A stretch of 62,845 nucleotides of DNA, filler included, from Octopus bimaculoides (GCF_001194135.2; 5 parts of 5 records of this genome joined end to end with filler, not necessarily neighbours in it); one strand, 5' to 3'. Counted from the first letter of the whole stretch, positions 1-12,528 are shown. The notes: generated by a model not told the origin, from the sequence alone. Program-made: numbers and translations.

Positions 1-66
<66 letters not shown>
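1..66. repeat. (AT)n microsatellite; one of dozens of (AT)n, (AC)n, (TATC)n, (ATAC)n, (GA)n and (TAA)n tracts in the window
   Basis: Read directly; most N gaps abut such tracts. Confidence 0.99.
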
Positions 67-79
<13 letters not shown>

Positions 80-1146
80 AGCACATTTATACATACATAT
101 ACGTACACACACAGGCATATATGCGTGTGTGCGTGGGTGTGAGGGCATTCATCATATGGTCGCCCATCATATATATATATGTGTATATGTGCGTGTGTGC
201 GTGTATAGTTTACTTTTCCGTTAAGATACTTTATCCGGTGAGAGACAAATATTCTTTAATGTACACAGTATGGAGTGTACATCAAATAATATGTATGTAT
301 ATATGACATATACATACACACACAAACACACCCACGCACACATACATAAGTACCGAATTGATATTTAGCAGACAGAAATAGAGGTCGGAAAATCTGCAGC
401 TACAGTTGTAACACTAACACAGCATGAAATAACCAACAACAACAACAACCACAACAATAACAACAAACATCAACATTCACAAGGAGAGGGAGTAGAAGTA
501 AGAGTAAGTGCATAATAAACCTTCGACGTGGATTGTTACCGCGCAAAGAAGATAATTGTCATTGCTGTAGAATTGAAGGTTTTTTTTAAATATAATTCTT
601 CGGAGTTGGTAAATATATGTTCTTATTTACACCCTCTTTCATTATGTATATGATATCGTTTTGTATGCTTACTGACATATACTCGTAATCTACCAGCATA
701 CACGTACCGTACATATATTTCTTTTATTCATCCATCCATTCATTCATTTACTCTCACTTATATAAAAATGCATGAATTGTTGCTTAGCCCTAGGTCAGCT
801 CGACTCATCAGGCATGTAGTGAAAGGTGTGCCAGCCGTGAACATCCAATTTATTTTTGTATATATATATATATATATATCTTGGAGATTAATATTGTCTC
901 ACGTGTTTTTGTATAAGACCGTAGAGTATCACTTTAGGGATATTTGTTATGCTCATACGACCAGGTCGATCAACGGGATCCTACAAACCTCCTCCTCAGC
1001 TCGTCTTTGTATGTGTATTATATATATATTTATATAGGCCTATACATGTTATATATTAAGCATTATTGATAAATATCATATTTCAATATACTCTTGTATA
1101 TATTTGTCATTGGGTGTGCATATGAATATACGCATAATTTTTATAG

Positions 1147-1204
<58 letters not shown>

Positions 1205-1766
1205 NNNNNNNNNNNNNNNNNNNNNNNNNNNNNNNNNNNNNNNNNNNNNNNNNNNNNNNNNNNNNNNNNNNNNNNNNNNNNNNNNNNNNNNNNNNNNNNN
1301 NNNNNNNNNNNNNNNNNNNNNNNNNNNNNNNNNNNNNNNNNNNNNNNNNNNNNNNNNNNNNNNNNNNNNNNNNNNNNNNNNNNNNNNNNNNNNNNNNNNN
1401 NNNNNNNNNNNNNNNNNNNNNNNNNNNNNNNNNNNNNNNNNNNNNNNNNNNNNNNNNNNNNNNNNNNNNNNNNNNNNNNNNNNNNNNNNNNNNNNNNNNN
1501 NNNNNNNNNNNNNNNNNNNNNNNNNNNNNNNNNNNNNNNNNNNNNNNNNNNNNNNNNNNNNNNNNNNNNNNNNNNNNNNNNNNNNNNNNNNNNNNNNNNN
1601 NNNNNNNNNNNNNNNATATATATGCATGTGTGTGTGTTTTATATAACGGTTCTTCCTTCGGCCCCGACAATGAGCATTCCAATGGATAATCAACTAAACT
1701 GCCTGATCGTTAAATTACTGTGTATATTGTTGAATATTCCACAGGCTTTTATGGCCTTAACTTTTC

Positions 1767-1876
1767 CTATCCTCGTGCAGAATCAGCATAGCAACGCTGG
1801 ATCTTTTGAGCAACAGGTGCAATCCGTCCGATGGGCTTCTTTACGAATTTATGTTCTTCGAGTTCCACGGGGTAAC
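1767..1876 (-). CDS. Candidate terminal coding exon of an unidentified gene
   Basis: Minus strand: long T-rich tract + CTTCCGTCGCTTCAG acceptor, then one open frame YPVELEEHKFVKKPIGRIAPVAQKIQRCYADSARG*; the other two frames stop early. No homology recognised. Confidence 0.2.
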
Positions 1877-1924
1877 CTGAAGCGACGGAAGAAAAAAAAA
1901 AAAAAGAAGACATTTACGTTGATA

Positions 1925-2008
1925 TTCTACGCGGCGGATCGAAACCGGGACCTCGTGATTGCATAACGAATATACATGAATGTAGTCCACTTCGATTCAG
2001 TGGGCTAA
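1925..2008 (-). other. tRNA-like (pol III B-box) remnant, possible SINE head
   Basis: Minus strand ...GAGGTCCCGGTTTCGATCC (B-box-like, 1936-1946) followed by a T-run; no clean cloverleaf. Confidence 0.25.
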
Positions 2009-2129
2009 ATTTATTGAAGATAATGTATGTGTGTATACTCTCATTGTATATGTGTACAGACACATACATGCATTCACAAATTTCATCCTTGATTCAGCTG
2101 TTATATCCACAGTCATCCCATTTTAATTT

Positions 2130-3210
2130 TTGTTTTCTCCTAGACATCCTGTATCTATGACTGCATTCTCCAATGTCACCCCTGTCCTTTAAAAAGGAAA
2201 AAAAGAACAGATAGTAGTGTGTGATTTGATTTAAATTTGACTGCTATTTCTAGCGAATTGAGTGACCAGTTTGAGTTACTCTGTGTCCCTCGGTCATTTT
2301 ATGTGGATTTTTCTCGTTTTGTGTAGAATATGACATTACAACATTAGTTAATGGTTTTCTGTACATTACAATGTGAACTCGTCATATATGCATATATGTA
2401 TGTATATATACATATATGCATCGTATACATATACACACGTATGTATGTAGAAAATGTATGATTACACGGTTTCTTTTTAAACAAAGTCAAAAGAGCATGT
2501 ATAGAATACATGTGTGTTGAGTAACATTTATTTCTGCTAAGCCTGGTCATTCATATTTCATCAGTTCCCAGTATTTTCTCGGTCTATGCGATCCTCCAGA
2601 GGACAATATTTGTTGCTTCAAAGGATCGAATCGGACAAGAAACTCCTAAATTTTCCCTCTGCAATGCTCATTCTACCGGCAACAGATAGCAGCAAAATCT
2701 TATCTAATCTCTTCTCAAATTTGTTCCTAACCATTGTAAAACAACAACAAAACAAAACCCCTATCAGTAGATAAACATACATATGAACAACTTAACTCAG
2801 AATAGAAGGACACCTTGGAGAATGTCGTATTAAATCGACCGATCGATATGGGTTGATCTGGTGTTAAATAACTATATATTTGTTGTATAACTGTGCGTCT
2901 CTTGAGTGGACTTAAGGATCACACACGTTTTAGGCATGACCATCTATCTTGTCGTTGTCCATATCAGAGTAATACATTGACCAACGTGTCCTTCCTTTTC
3001 CTTTTCAAAAACGGTAATTTGAATGAGATTTGGCTGCTACTTTTAGCAATTCGAGCGACTACGTAAAGATTTCTACGTTGGCTCGGACCAAATCTGAGTA
3101 ATGCATTGTCCAATGAATCTTTCCTTTTCGTAAACGGGTAATTTCAAGTGAAATTTAGCTGCTATTTTTAGCGGTTTGAGCTACTACGTAGCGACTTCTT
3201 CATTGGCTCC
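2130..3210. repeat. Unclassified interspersed repeat fragments, including a local tandem pair (~2975-3085 and ~3100-3210)
   Basis: Motif GATTT(G/A)(G/A)CTGCTA(T/C)TT(C/T)TAGC at ~2250, ~3030 and ~3155; related copy at ~22840 and a probable reverse copy at ~60290. Confidence 0.6.
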
Positions 3211-3903
3211 ATTATTGTCTTTACAACCGTTTAATCTATCCATTTGTCTCTCTATCTAGATGTCTGTCTATCTACCTAGTTGTCTAACCGTCTATTTAAT
3301 CTCCCTGTCTATCTAGTTTTCTGTCTTTCTATTCAACTGTCTGCCTATCTAATTATTTATCTGTCTCTCTGTTCATCTATCTATCTATCTGTCTGTCCTT
3401 CCTCTCTGTCTATTTAGATGTCTGGCTGCCCGTCTGTGTATCCTCACACATATAATTAACTATTGTAGTTGCGGTTTCTTCTGTTACAAAGACAGCCAAA
3501 TACGTTGTCAAATACGTTTAACTAATCAGTGCATTTTAATTAATTCCACATTATTGGTAGTAGTAAATTCGATGTTTTAAAATTTATTTAAATATAGATA
3601 CTTTTTTTTCAAAATTCCCATTTTGCTTTTCCCACCAGTAACTCGTGTAGGTTGGAGCTATGGAAATGGTTAGAGAAAGAAACAGCTGTTTCTCGCAAAT
3701 AAATACATCGACCCCAATGCTCAGGTGGTACTTAATTTTATCGACTTCGAAAGGCGGAAAGACAAACTGGACCTAGGAGGCGTTTTATGCCTGAAAGAAA
3801 TGCTGTTAACGGTTTCTTATGTGTAGTTGTAATCACAAGAGCCAGTGGGAACTTTGGAAATATCCAAGTTTCATTCATTTCTTTAGCTGTATTTTGGATA
3901 TTT

Positions 3904-4113
3904 TTTACTCTTTTACTTGTTTCAGTCATTTGACTGCGGCCATGCTGGAGCACCGCCTTTAGTCGAGCAAATCGACCCCAGGACTTATTCTTTGGATGCT
4001 TAGTACTTATTCTATCGGTCTCTTTGCCGAACCGCTAAGTTACGGGGACATAAACACACCAGCATCGGTTGTCAAGCGATGTTGGGGGGACAACCACACA
4101 CACACACACACAC
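3904..4113 (-). mobile_element. SINE family A, 3' half (runs into (AC)n and a gap)
   Basis: Reverse complement of the tail of the full copy at 34721-35136 (GGCGGTGCTCCAGCATGGCC...GACTGAAACAAGTAAAAGAG). Confidence 0.9.
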
Positions 4114-4624
4114 ANNNNNNNNNNNNNNNNNNNNNNNNNNNNNNNNNNNNNNNNNNNNNNNNNNNNNNNNNNNNNNNNNNNNNNNNNNNNNNNNNNNNNN
4201 NNNNNNNNNNNNNNNNNNNNNNNNNNNNNNNNNNNNNNNNNNNNNNNNNNNNNNNNNNNNNNNNNNNNNNNNNNNNNNNNNNNNNNNNNNNNNNNNNNNN
4301 NNNNNNNNNNNNNNNNNNNNNNNNNNNNNNGTTCATAAGCAAGCTACTTTATTTCATAAATATTTGCCATAAAGGCATTACAAAGAGGGGACGAACAAGG
4401 ACAGACAAACATAAAAGGGGTGAAGTAGCTGTATCGATTAAATATTTACAATTTTAAATATATAATAAAAATTTGATTATATTTACAATGTTCGATTGAA
4501 GCATTGCTCATTACAGATGCAATTTGTAATGGCTTTCCTGAAGGATAGGTATCCGACCACCAGGGTAGACCCCTTGCTTTTTCTTTCCCTTGTTTTTGGC
4601 TCCCACTTACCTGGTGCCAAACCA

Positions 4625-4990
4625 CACTTGAGCTGCGACCATGCTGGGGCACTTCTTTTCACGGGTTAGTCGAACAAGTTGACTCCAGTGCATATTTTTT
4701 TAAAGTCTGGTACTTACTCTATCGAATTTTTGTCGAACCACTAGGTTACGGAGACGTAGCCAAACCAATATAAGTTGTCAAACGGTGGGGGTAGGGAGAC
4801 AGACAGACTGACAGACGCATGCACAAATACATATAAGGTTTCCACATAGTTTCTGTCAACCGAATCCACTTACAAAAGCATTGTTTAGCCTGGGGCTATA
4901 AGAGACTGGCCCTCGGTGTTGCACAGTAGACAAATCCCAAAAAAACAAGTGGTCACAAAGTGAGCTTCTCAATCGCAGAGCAATACTTTT
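4625..4990 (-). mobile_element. SINE family A, old degenerate near-full copy
   Basis: Diverged matches to both the tail (CCATGCTGGGGCAC, CTAGGTTACGGAGACGT) and the head (AATCCACTTACAAAAGC). Confidence 0.7.
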
Positions 4991-5164
4991 AGATATTATG
5001 AACATTGTTTCATTATGTGAACAACTGCAAATTCATTTCAAAATCAAGTTTGTTTCTAACATAACAACCAAAAGCACAAATGAAAAGACAAACAGAATAA
5101 TTTCAGAGGTGTACTTGCCAAACAAGTGACTTGATCTGAGGACCATGTGTTAAAAAGTGAGGCT

Positions 5165-5985
5165 ATTATAGCATGGAAGATTACTTCGTCAAACGTAATG
5201 CTTATTTATTCAAATTGTTTTGAATTATTGTGCATTATCTCAAAGCTTCGAAATTTCAATGATGTGATTGTTTATTTTAACCATTATATTGTACGCTATG
5301 TGCGAGAGACTGGATCTAGCCAGTATGAACAGTGTTTTGACCGGATATGGCCGGTTTAAGCCTTTTAGCATTCAGATCACTGTCAAATGTAGTACTTATT
5401 TCTTTACATTGTTTTGAATTAAACATGCATTATCCCATAGTTTTGAGATTTCGATGAAGTGATTGCTTTATTTTTAGAATGACATTGTAAGTTAGGAGAG
5501 AGAAGCGGTATTTAGATGGTTTGAACAAAAAAATAGAATATTTGAACCGGATATGGCTGGTCTAACTCTTTAGCATTCAGATTACTCTGTCAAATGTAAT
5601 GCTCATTTATTCACATTGTTTTGAATTAATCATGCATAATTTTGTAGTTCCGAGATTTCAATGAGGTGATTGTTTTATTTTTTAAAATTACATTGTAGGC
5701 TAGGTGTGAGAGGCTGGACCTAGCCCGTATGAACATAAAATAAGTAGAATATTTCAGCTGAATATGGCCGGTTTAATCCTTTAGCATCCAGGTTACTCTA
5801 TCAAATGTGATGCTTATTTATTCACATTGTTTAGAGTTAACCATGTGCTATCTCATAGCTTTTGAGATTTTGATGATGTGATTGTTTTATTTTTAAAATG
5901 ACATTGTAGGGTAGGTGTAAGAGGCCAGATCCAGCTGATTTGCAGATAAAGCGGGTAGACTGGTTTAAATGCGAAGGAGCTAAAC
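5165..5985 (+). mobile_element. Tandem array (~4 units, ~190-210 bp) of a TTAA-bounded, piggyBac-like MITE
   Basis: Unit CCTTTAGCATTCAG..CTGTCAAATGTAATGC..GGATATGGCCGGT repeats with junction TTAA (or CTAA) at 5356, 5562, 5773 and 5965; family termini resemble TTAA-CCCTTTAGC / GCTAAAGGG-TTAA. Confidence 0.75.
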
Positions 5986-6539
5986 ATTTTTTTAAATATT
6001 CAGTGTTGAAATTTTTGTTGCATCTACTGTGACCTTGCCATCGACACGGTACCACTTCATCTGGTCTGTGGGTCTTTGGTGAGGTTGTCGGTTCATACAT
6101 ATACCTTTTAGCCTTTACTTGTTTCAGCCATTAGACTGTGGCCATGCTGGGGCACCACCTTCAAGAATTTTTAGTTGAATGAATTGATCTCAGTACTTTT
6201 TTTTTTAAGGTCAGTACTTATTCTGTTGAGTCAGAGTGGCTGTTCCAACACATCTCCCTTGTCAGCCTCTGGAGCAACACCTTTTCCATTCCGTCTGTTG
6301 GGTCCACGAGGCAGTCTGACTTACAAGAAATTGTACATTCCATTCTTCAAATACTTAGATCTGTGTAATGATTTATCATTTTAGTGTGTGCAACCATCTT
6401 GCACTAGGCCCTTGCCAACAGTTCAACCACGAAACAGGAAGTACTAGTTTACATGGTTAACTAGAAGCAGATAATTTCAGAGGCCTGACCTCCACAAAAA
6501 TGGAAGTTGTTCTAATGGAAATGTTCTGATACGAATTAA

Positions 6540-7318
6540 CCCTTTATCCTTCAGTTTAATCTGTCAAATGCAATGCTTATTTTTTCATATTGTTTTGAGT
6601 TAACCATGCGTTATCTCATAGCTTTGAGATTTCGATGCTGTGGTTGTTAGCTTTTAGAATGACATTGTAGGGTAGATGGGATAAGTTGGATCTGGCCAAG
6701 TATGGCTGGTTTAACCGTTTCTGTCAAATGCAATGTTTATTATTTCACGTTGCTTTGAGTTAATCATGCATTATTTCATAGCTTTGAGACTTCAGTGATG
6801 TGATTGTTTATTTTTAGACTGATATTGTAGGCTTGTGGAGGCGCAATGGCCCAGTGGTTAGGGCAGCAGACTCGCGGTCATAGGATTGCGGTTTTGATTC
6901 CCAGACCGGGTGTTGTGAGTGTTTATTGAGCGAAAACACCTAAAGCTCCGCGAGGCTCTGGCAGGGGATGGTGGCGAACCCTGCTGTACTCTTTCACCAC
7001 AACTTTCTCTCACTCTTACTTCCTGTTTCTGTTGTGCCTGTAATTCAAAGGGTCAGCCTTGTCACACGGTGTCACGCTGAATATCCCCAAGAACTACGTT
7101 AAGGGTACACGTGTCTGTGGAGTGCTCAGCCACTTGCACATTAATTTCACGAGCAGGCTGTTCCGTTGATCGGATCAACTGGAACCCTCGACGTCGTAAG
7201 CGACGGAGCGCCAACAACAACAATTGTAGGCTGGATGTGAGAGGCCAGATCTGGCCAGTTCGAACATAAAACAAGTGGAATATTTTGGCTGGATGTGGCC
7301 AGTGTAAATGCTAACAGG
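6540..7318 (+). mobile_element. Same MITE, two fused units, the second interrupted by SINE B
   Basis: TTAA at 6536-6539 and 7319-7322; body matches the 5165-5985 units; body resumes after the SINE at 7223. Confidence 0.75.
6835..7222 (+). mobile_element. SINE family B (tRNA-Arg-like head), full length, with TSD
   Basis: A-box TGGCCCAGTGG, B-box-like GGTTTTGATTCC, (CAA)n tail; 10-bp TSD ATTGTAGGCT at 6824-6833 and 7223-7232. Confidence 0.92.
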
Positions 7319-7796
7319 TTAAGTAACACTGACTTGTCACTCCTTTTTCCTTTCCTTTCCCTCCTCCTTGACACTAATCTTTATGCTTTCTCTCTTCTTA
7401 CTCGATTTTCTAACACTGTCTTTTTTAATCTTTCACTCACCACCCTGTCACAGCCACATCTGTTTCTCTCATCATACTTTACTTCTAAACACTCCACTTA
7501 AAGTCACCAGTCTCTTTCCTGTTCTCATTCTCAGTTGTGTCTAGTGAGTGACAAGGTGACCCCAACAGATGCTGATGTCATAAAAAAAAATACATGCAGC
7601 ACAATGTACCGAGTGATTGTCAGAGCATTAACAATGTGGGATTGAGAGAACTACTTGGCTTTTGCAGGTGAAGGGGGTAGCGGAGGCTGGGAGAATGATG
7701 GCTTTTTTTTTTTTTTTACAGATTCTGGTGACCTGCTTTCCCCCACCCCCCATCCTTTTATGTTTTCTTATACATTTGATATTATTACATTTTACC

Positions 7797-8075
7797 CAGT
7801 GGTTCTCAGCCGGGGTCAGTATTGCCCCTGAGTGTCCATTTAAGAGTTTTGGAGGTCCACGCAACAAAATAGTTAATATCTGTCAAATGCAATGCTTATG
7901 TTTTCACACTGTTTTGAGTTAACCATGCATTATCTCATAGCTTTGAGATTTCGATGCTGTGGTTGTTAGCTTTTAGAATCACATTGTAGGGTAGGTGGGA
8001 TAGTTAATATTCTAAGGGCTCCTGAAAAAATTTTGATTTAAATGTATATATTGGTGTGTATTTCAAGAAACAGCT
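7797..8075 (+). mobile_element. hAT/Charlie-like MITE fragment containing a 120-bp insertion
   Basis: Starts CAGTGGTTCTCA, a typical hAT-type terminus; right end not found; insertion at 7880-7999. Confidence 0.4.
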
Positions 8076-8100
8076 GGGTTTCTTTCTCTAACGTTTTGCA

Positions 8101-8640
8101 TATTGGGTTGGCAACTAAGTTCCCTCCGTTTTTTTAAATTTTAATTTTTTAAAAGGTTTAATAAAAAATAACAACTAATTAATCAATAATGTATTCACCC
8201 TTGTTGTTTACAACTTCTTCCTAACGTTCAACAAGATTTTCAATACCTCGTTGGTAGAAATCACCTGATTTCGACTCGAAAAATTGATCCAACTAAGCTC
8301 TCAATTCTGCATCAGTATTGAACGAAACTCCACTCATAGCATTTGAAAGAGATCGAAAGAGGTGAAAATCCATTGGTGCCAAATCAGGAGAATACGATGG
8401 GTGTGGCAGCACTTCCCAGCCATGCATTTGAATGGCTTCCTTAGTCATATCGGTGATATGAGGGCGGGCGTTGTCGTGCAGCAGAAGAACTCCATGCTGC
8501 CAATTAGGTCTTTTCTCTTGAATAGCCGTGTTGAGTCGTTCCATCTGTTGAACATAGAGTTCTGTGTTGACCGTTTGGTTCCATTCAAGCAATTCGTATT
8601 GAATATCTTCAAAAGGGCCACACCACCAATGGAGAGTACT
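8101..8640 (-). mobile_element. Mariner transposon, 3' half (DDD catalytic domain pseudogene + right TIR)
   Basis: ORF track LLHDNARPH...HPSYSPDLAPMDFHLFRSL; continues DQFFESKSGDFYQRGIENLVER*EEVVNNKGEYIID; TIR TA-TTGGGTTGGCAACTAAGT at 8101. Confidence 0.93.
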
Positions 8641-8659
8641 ATGTTGATTTGTTGAGGCA

Positions 8660-9049
8660 GTTACTAAAGGCTGTGAAGCCCAAATGCTCAGGAGAAGTGA
8701 TGAAAGAGGTCTTGTTTTATGAGGACAAGTCATTGCTTTCAATGGCTGCCATGTGTGATTGTAGCTTTGAACTGGTTGATCACCTTCCCTATTCACCTGA
8801 TTTGGTTCCTTCTATCATCTGTTCCCCAACATGGAAAAGACACTTGGCTGGGAACCAGTATTGCAGTGGTGATGACAGCATATCTGTTGTTGCTACTTGT
8901 TATTTTTGAAGTCTTCTTTGAACATTCAGATATCAGTTTTATGTGGGAAGAAACAATGCATTTATTAATAAGAAGAATCGCACTTAATGCATGCAAGATT
9001 TCTCAGCTCTAGCATCACTCCTTCATAGTCAGCCTATGAACTTTTCAGC
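8660..9049 (+). mobile_element. Second mariner (irritans-like) transposase C-terminal relic plus terminal sequence
   Basis: MAAMCDCSFELVDHLPYSPDLVPS (YSPDL motif); 8895-9049 matches end sequences at 32430-32585 and 58500-58640. Confidence 0.8.
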
Positions 9050-9050
9050 T

Positions 9051-9206
9051 CTGGCTGTGTGTTAAGTAGCTTGCTTACCAACCACATGGTTCTGGGTTCA
9101 GTCCCACTGTGTGGCATCTTGGGCAAGTGTCTTTTACTATAGCCTCGGGCTGACCAAAGCCTTGTGAGTGGATTTGGTAGACGGAAACTGAAAGAAGCCC
9201 GTTGTA

Positions 9207-9248
<42 letters not shown>

Positions 9249-9511
9249 CATATGTTTGTGTGTCTATGTTTGTCCCCCCAGCATCACTTGAAAACCGATG
9301 CTGGTGTGTTTACTCTTTTACTTGTTTCGGTCATTTGACTGCAGCCATGCTGGAGCACCGCCCTTTAGTTGAAGAAATCAACCCCAGAGTTTATTCTTTA
9401 TAAGCCTAGTACTTATTCTATCGGTCGCTTTTGCTGAACCGCTAAGTTACGGGGACGTAAACACACCAGCATTGGTTGTCAAGTGATGCTGGGGGGACAA
9501 ACACAGACACA
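9051..9511. mobile_element. SINE family A composite: 5' part on + (9051-9313) fused to an inverted 3' part (9314-9511)
   Basis: Head, internal (AT)n and middle on +; tail on -; 55-bp segment present in both orientations. Confidence 0.88.
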
Positions 9512-9722
9512 AGGGGTTAAACATAGAGGGGACAAACAAGGACAAAGGGATTAAGTCGATTACATCAGCCCCAGTGCATAACTGGTACTTAATTTATTGA
9601 CCCCGAAAGGATGAAATGCAAAGTTGACCTCGGCGGAATTTGAACTCAGAACGTAAAGACAAACAAAATACCTCTAAGCATTTCGCCTGGCATGCTAACG
9701 TTTCTGCCAGCTCGCCGCCTTG
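9508..9722 (-). mobile_element. SINE family C (tRNA-like head AGGCGGCGAGCTGGCAGA, conserved central domain)
   Basis: Reverse complement matches 56489-56710; central GTCAACTTTGC(C/A)TTTCATCCTTTC(G/A)GGGT(C/T)(A/G)ATAAATTAAGTACCAG. Confidence 0.88.
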
Positions 9723-10087
9723 GATAACATTCAAATAATGACCAAAAGTGTGCACTGAGAAAATTTTCTTTTGTTGTCATTTATTTAAAATTTTCTTTAG
9801 TATTCATGTTGCATTTTGATATTGGGTCAGACAAGTATGCAATCCAACGAGTTAACAGACTGAGGATATGGTAATGAGGACACATCTGTGTTTCTTTTAA
9901 CAGCCATGTCAGCTCTATAGTTCTATATGGTTTTTGTTGAACTTTTATAACAGGTAGTCCTTTGTGTACGTAGCCAGGAGTATGTAGCTGTAGCATTGGT
10001 ATATTGAGATGTTGTTCATCTACAACATTAAAATATTTTATGTTGATTTAATAACTGTCTGTCTGTGTATGTATGTATGTATGTATG

Positions 10088-10124
<37 letters not shown>

Positions 10125-10330
10125 NNNNNNNNNNNNNNNNNNNNNNNNNNNNNNNNNNNNNNNNNNNNTTAATTAATTAANNNNNNNNNNNNNNNNNNNN
10201 NNNNNNNNNNNNNNNNNNNNNNNNATATGTATACATATAAGCGAATAATCGATATTAATTAATATATGACTAATTACCAGATTTTATAATATATATATAT
10301 ATATACATCTAAACATACGTACATTCATGC

Positions 10331-10361
<31 letters not shown>

Positions 10362-10929
10362 CATACATACATACATGCACACACACACACACATACACAC
10401 ACACACAAACATATTTTTAAAAGGTGTGCCGCTGGGAGAAGAAATTTGACTTTATCAATCTCTCCATCTTCCTTCCTCACCACTCGCCCGTAATGTGCAA
10501 CGGGAAGTTCTAAATTACGATTTAATAGAAAGATTTAAAGTCGCCGTTTAAACTAGTAAAATCAACAAATCGACATCCCCTAAATACACAAAGGTTAGTC
10601 GTTACCACCCTTTCTGTTTTACCCACGGGGAAATGAATAAAATGAATAAATAAATAAATAATAAGAAGAACAAGATATATTAGGGTGTAGGGAGTATGTA
10701 ATTTATTAAATCCATCATGTTTTAAAGTTAGCTACTGACTTGAAGAGGAATAAGCGTTTAGTGGTACCCGAATGATGTGCGTAGGTATTTATGGATGTTC
10801 ATGAGACTATACATACACCCACATGTTTACGTACGCTGTGTGCATATGTGTATATGTTTGTGTCTGTGTGTAGATGTACACGTATACATACATGCCTTTA
10901 TGTATGTATATCGTGTGTAATCGCACATC

Positions 10930-10960
<31 letters not shown>

Positions 10961-11006
10961 GTCTATTAATCTATCTATCTATCTATCTATCTATCTATTT
11001 ATTTAT

Positions 11007-11056
<50 letters not shown>

Positions 11057-11081
11057 GTCTGTTTGTCTGTCTGCGTGTCTG

Positions 11082-11115
<34 letters not shown>

Positions 11116-11164
11116 NNNNNNNNNNTCCATCCATCCATCCATCCATCCATCCATCCATCCATCC

Positions 11165-11234
<70 letters not shown>

Positions 11235-11272
11235 ACATACATACATACATATATACATACATACATACACAC
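10930..11272. repeat. Compound tetranucleotide microsatellite (TATC)n/(TGTC)n/(TCCA)n/(TACA)n
   Basis: Read directly; contains a 10-N gap. Confidence 0.97.
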
Positions 11273-12528
11273 ACATGTCGAGGTGACCAATGTTTGTATG
11301 TGTTTCGCAACTAGTTAATGTAAATGCTTCTCTGTATTTTTTTTTTGTTTTCCTTGCGTGAATGCTTTTTGCAGATTCAGCTGTTGGTTCGTAGGGCCTC
11401 GGCTGTTAGAAGACCACCAAAAGTGTGAACAATTACTCAACCTACTCAAAACCAAGGATTTCTAAAGTATCAACGTTACTGTTGGATCTTTCATTGACAA
11501 TTTTCAACAACTGTGATCTAGACATATTTAGAGAAGAAACATGAATCTGCAGGCATAACTATCCCCATGTGACGAGCGTACTTAGAGTTTTGAAGTGTTT
11601 CTTTGTTTGGGTTTAAGATTGAACATTTTGTTAGGGATTCTCATTCCGTTAGAGAAAAAGGATAACCAACGAATTTGGGGAATTTTTGGATAGTTGAATG
11701 ACATGTCATTTGTCCATTGCTATGTATCGTGCATACCTTGTTGTCTTGCTTGATTTCTAACACCACTCTAGCGTCGTCATCTAGCTCGTGTGTGTAGTTG
11801 GTAAATTGAGGAACAAAAGTGAGTCCAGAACAGAGCTTTGTTATACTCCATATTTCTATAACATAAATTACCTGCTTGATGTATACATGTACATTTTCAC
11901 AAAAGCGTTTGTGGAAACTTAACTTTCAATTGGTAAATTAAGAAATTATATTTTCAGTTTTGAACTCCTTGTAATTATTGCATTAATTCTACCAACAGAG
12001 ATGATGAGCTGGAAGGATCGTCAAAGTGTCGGATAACTTGCTTTGTGGAATTTGTTCTGGCTCGTGACATGTTGAGTTCAAATCATGCCAAGATCATCCT
12101 TGCTGTTTGTTATTTCGGGTTCGATAATATAAAGAACCAGTCAAATACAGGTTTCGATGGAGTCGACTAACTTTTGCCCTTCAAAATTACAGGCCTTATG
12201 CCCCATCAGAAACCATTATCTATAAACAAAATCGGGGGAGATTTATATTCTGTTGGTATCTAAGAAATTTATACAATTTATTCATGTTGTTCGAACAGAG
12301 TCTACAACTAGTGTTGTTTTCTTTTTAATATTCTATGAGTGGTGAGCCCGAAGTTCGAACAAATACAGCTGTTTCGAATTTAACAGATACGAATCAATCA
12401 GCAAGTGGAGACGCGTAAACTTTCAAGCAAACGGAATTTTCTTTTTATAATCGAATAGTCATATTTGTGATTACAACAGCCCAGCACATGTTCACATTAT
12501 TTGTACGCCATTGGACAGCACAATTTAC

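Noticed and set aside
790-815. CTGATGA with a GTC/GAC stem on the minus strand
   Set aside because: No GAAA or stems I/III, so not a hammerhead.
1076-1966. Long ORFs of IY, CV, HT, YLSI or X repeats (also 13.9-14.7, 17.3-18.2, 20.8-21.2, 49.9-50.4 and 53.6-54.7 kb)
   Set aside because: Translations of microsatellites and N runs.
6835-6910. tRNA-like heads of SINEs as real tRNA genes (also 21343, 28325, 34721, 57406)
   Set aside because: No closing acceptor stem or terminator; they run on into SINE bodies with tails and TSDs.
10169-10180. Palindrome TTAATTAATTAA isolated inside gaps (also 22182-22193, 29876-29887, 45044-45055)
   Set aside because: Always 44 N + 12 bp + 44 N = 100 bp, with stops in all six frames. 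This is a scaffolding linker, not biology, and contiguity across these points is uncertain.
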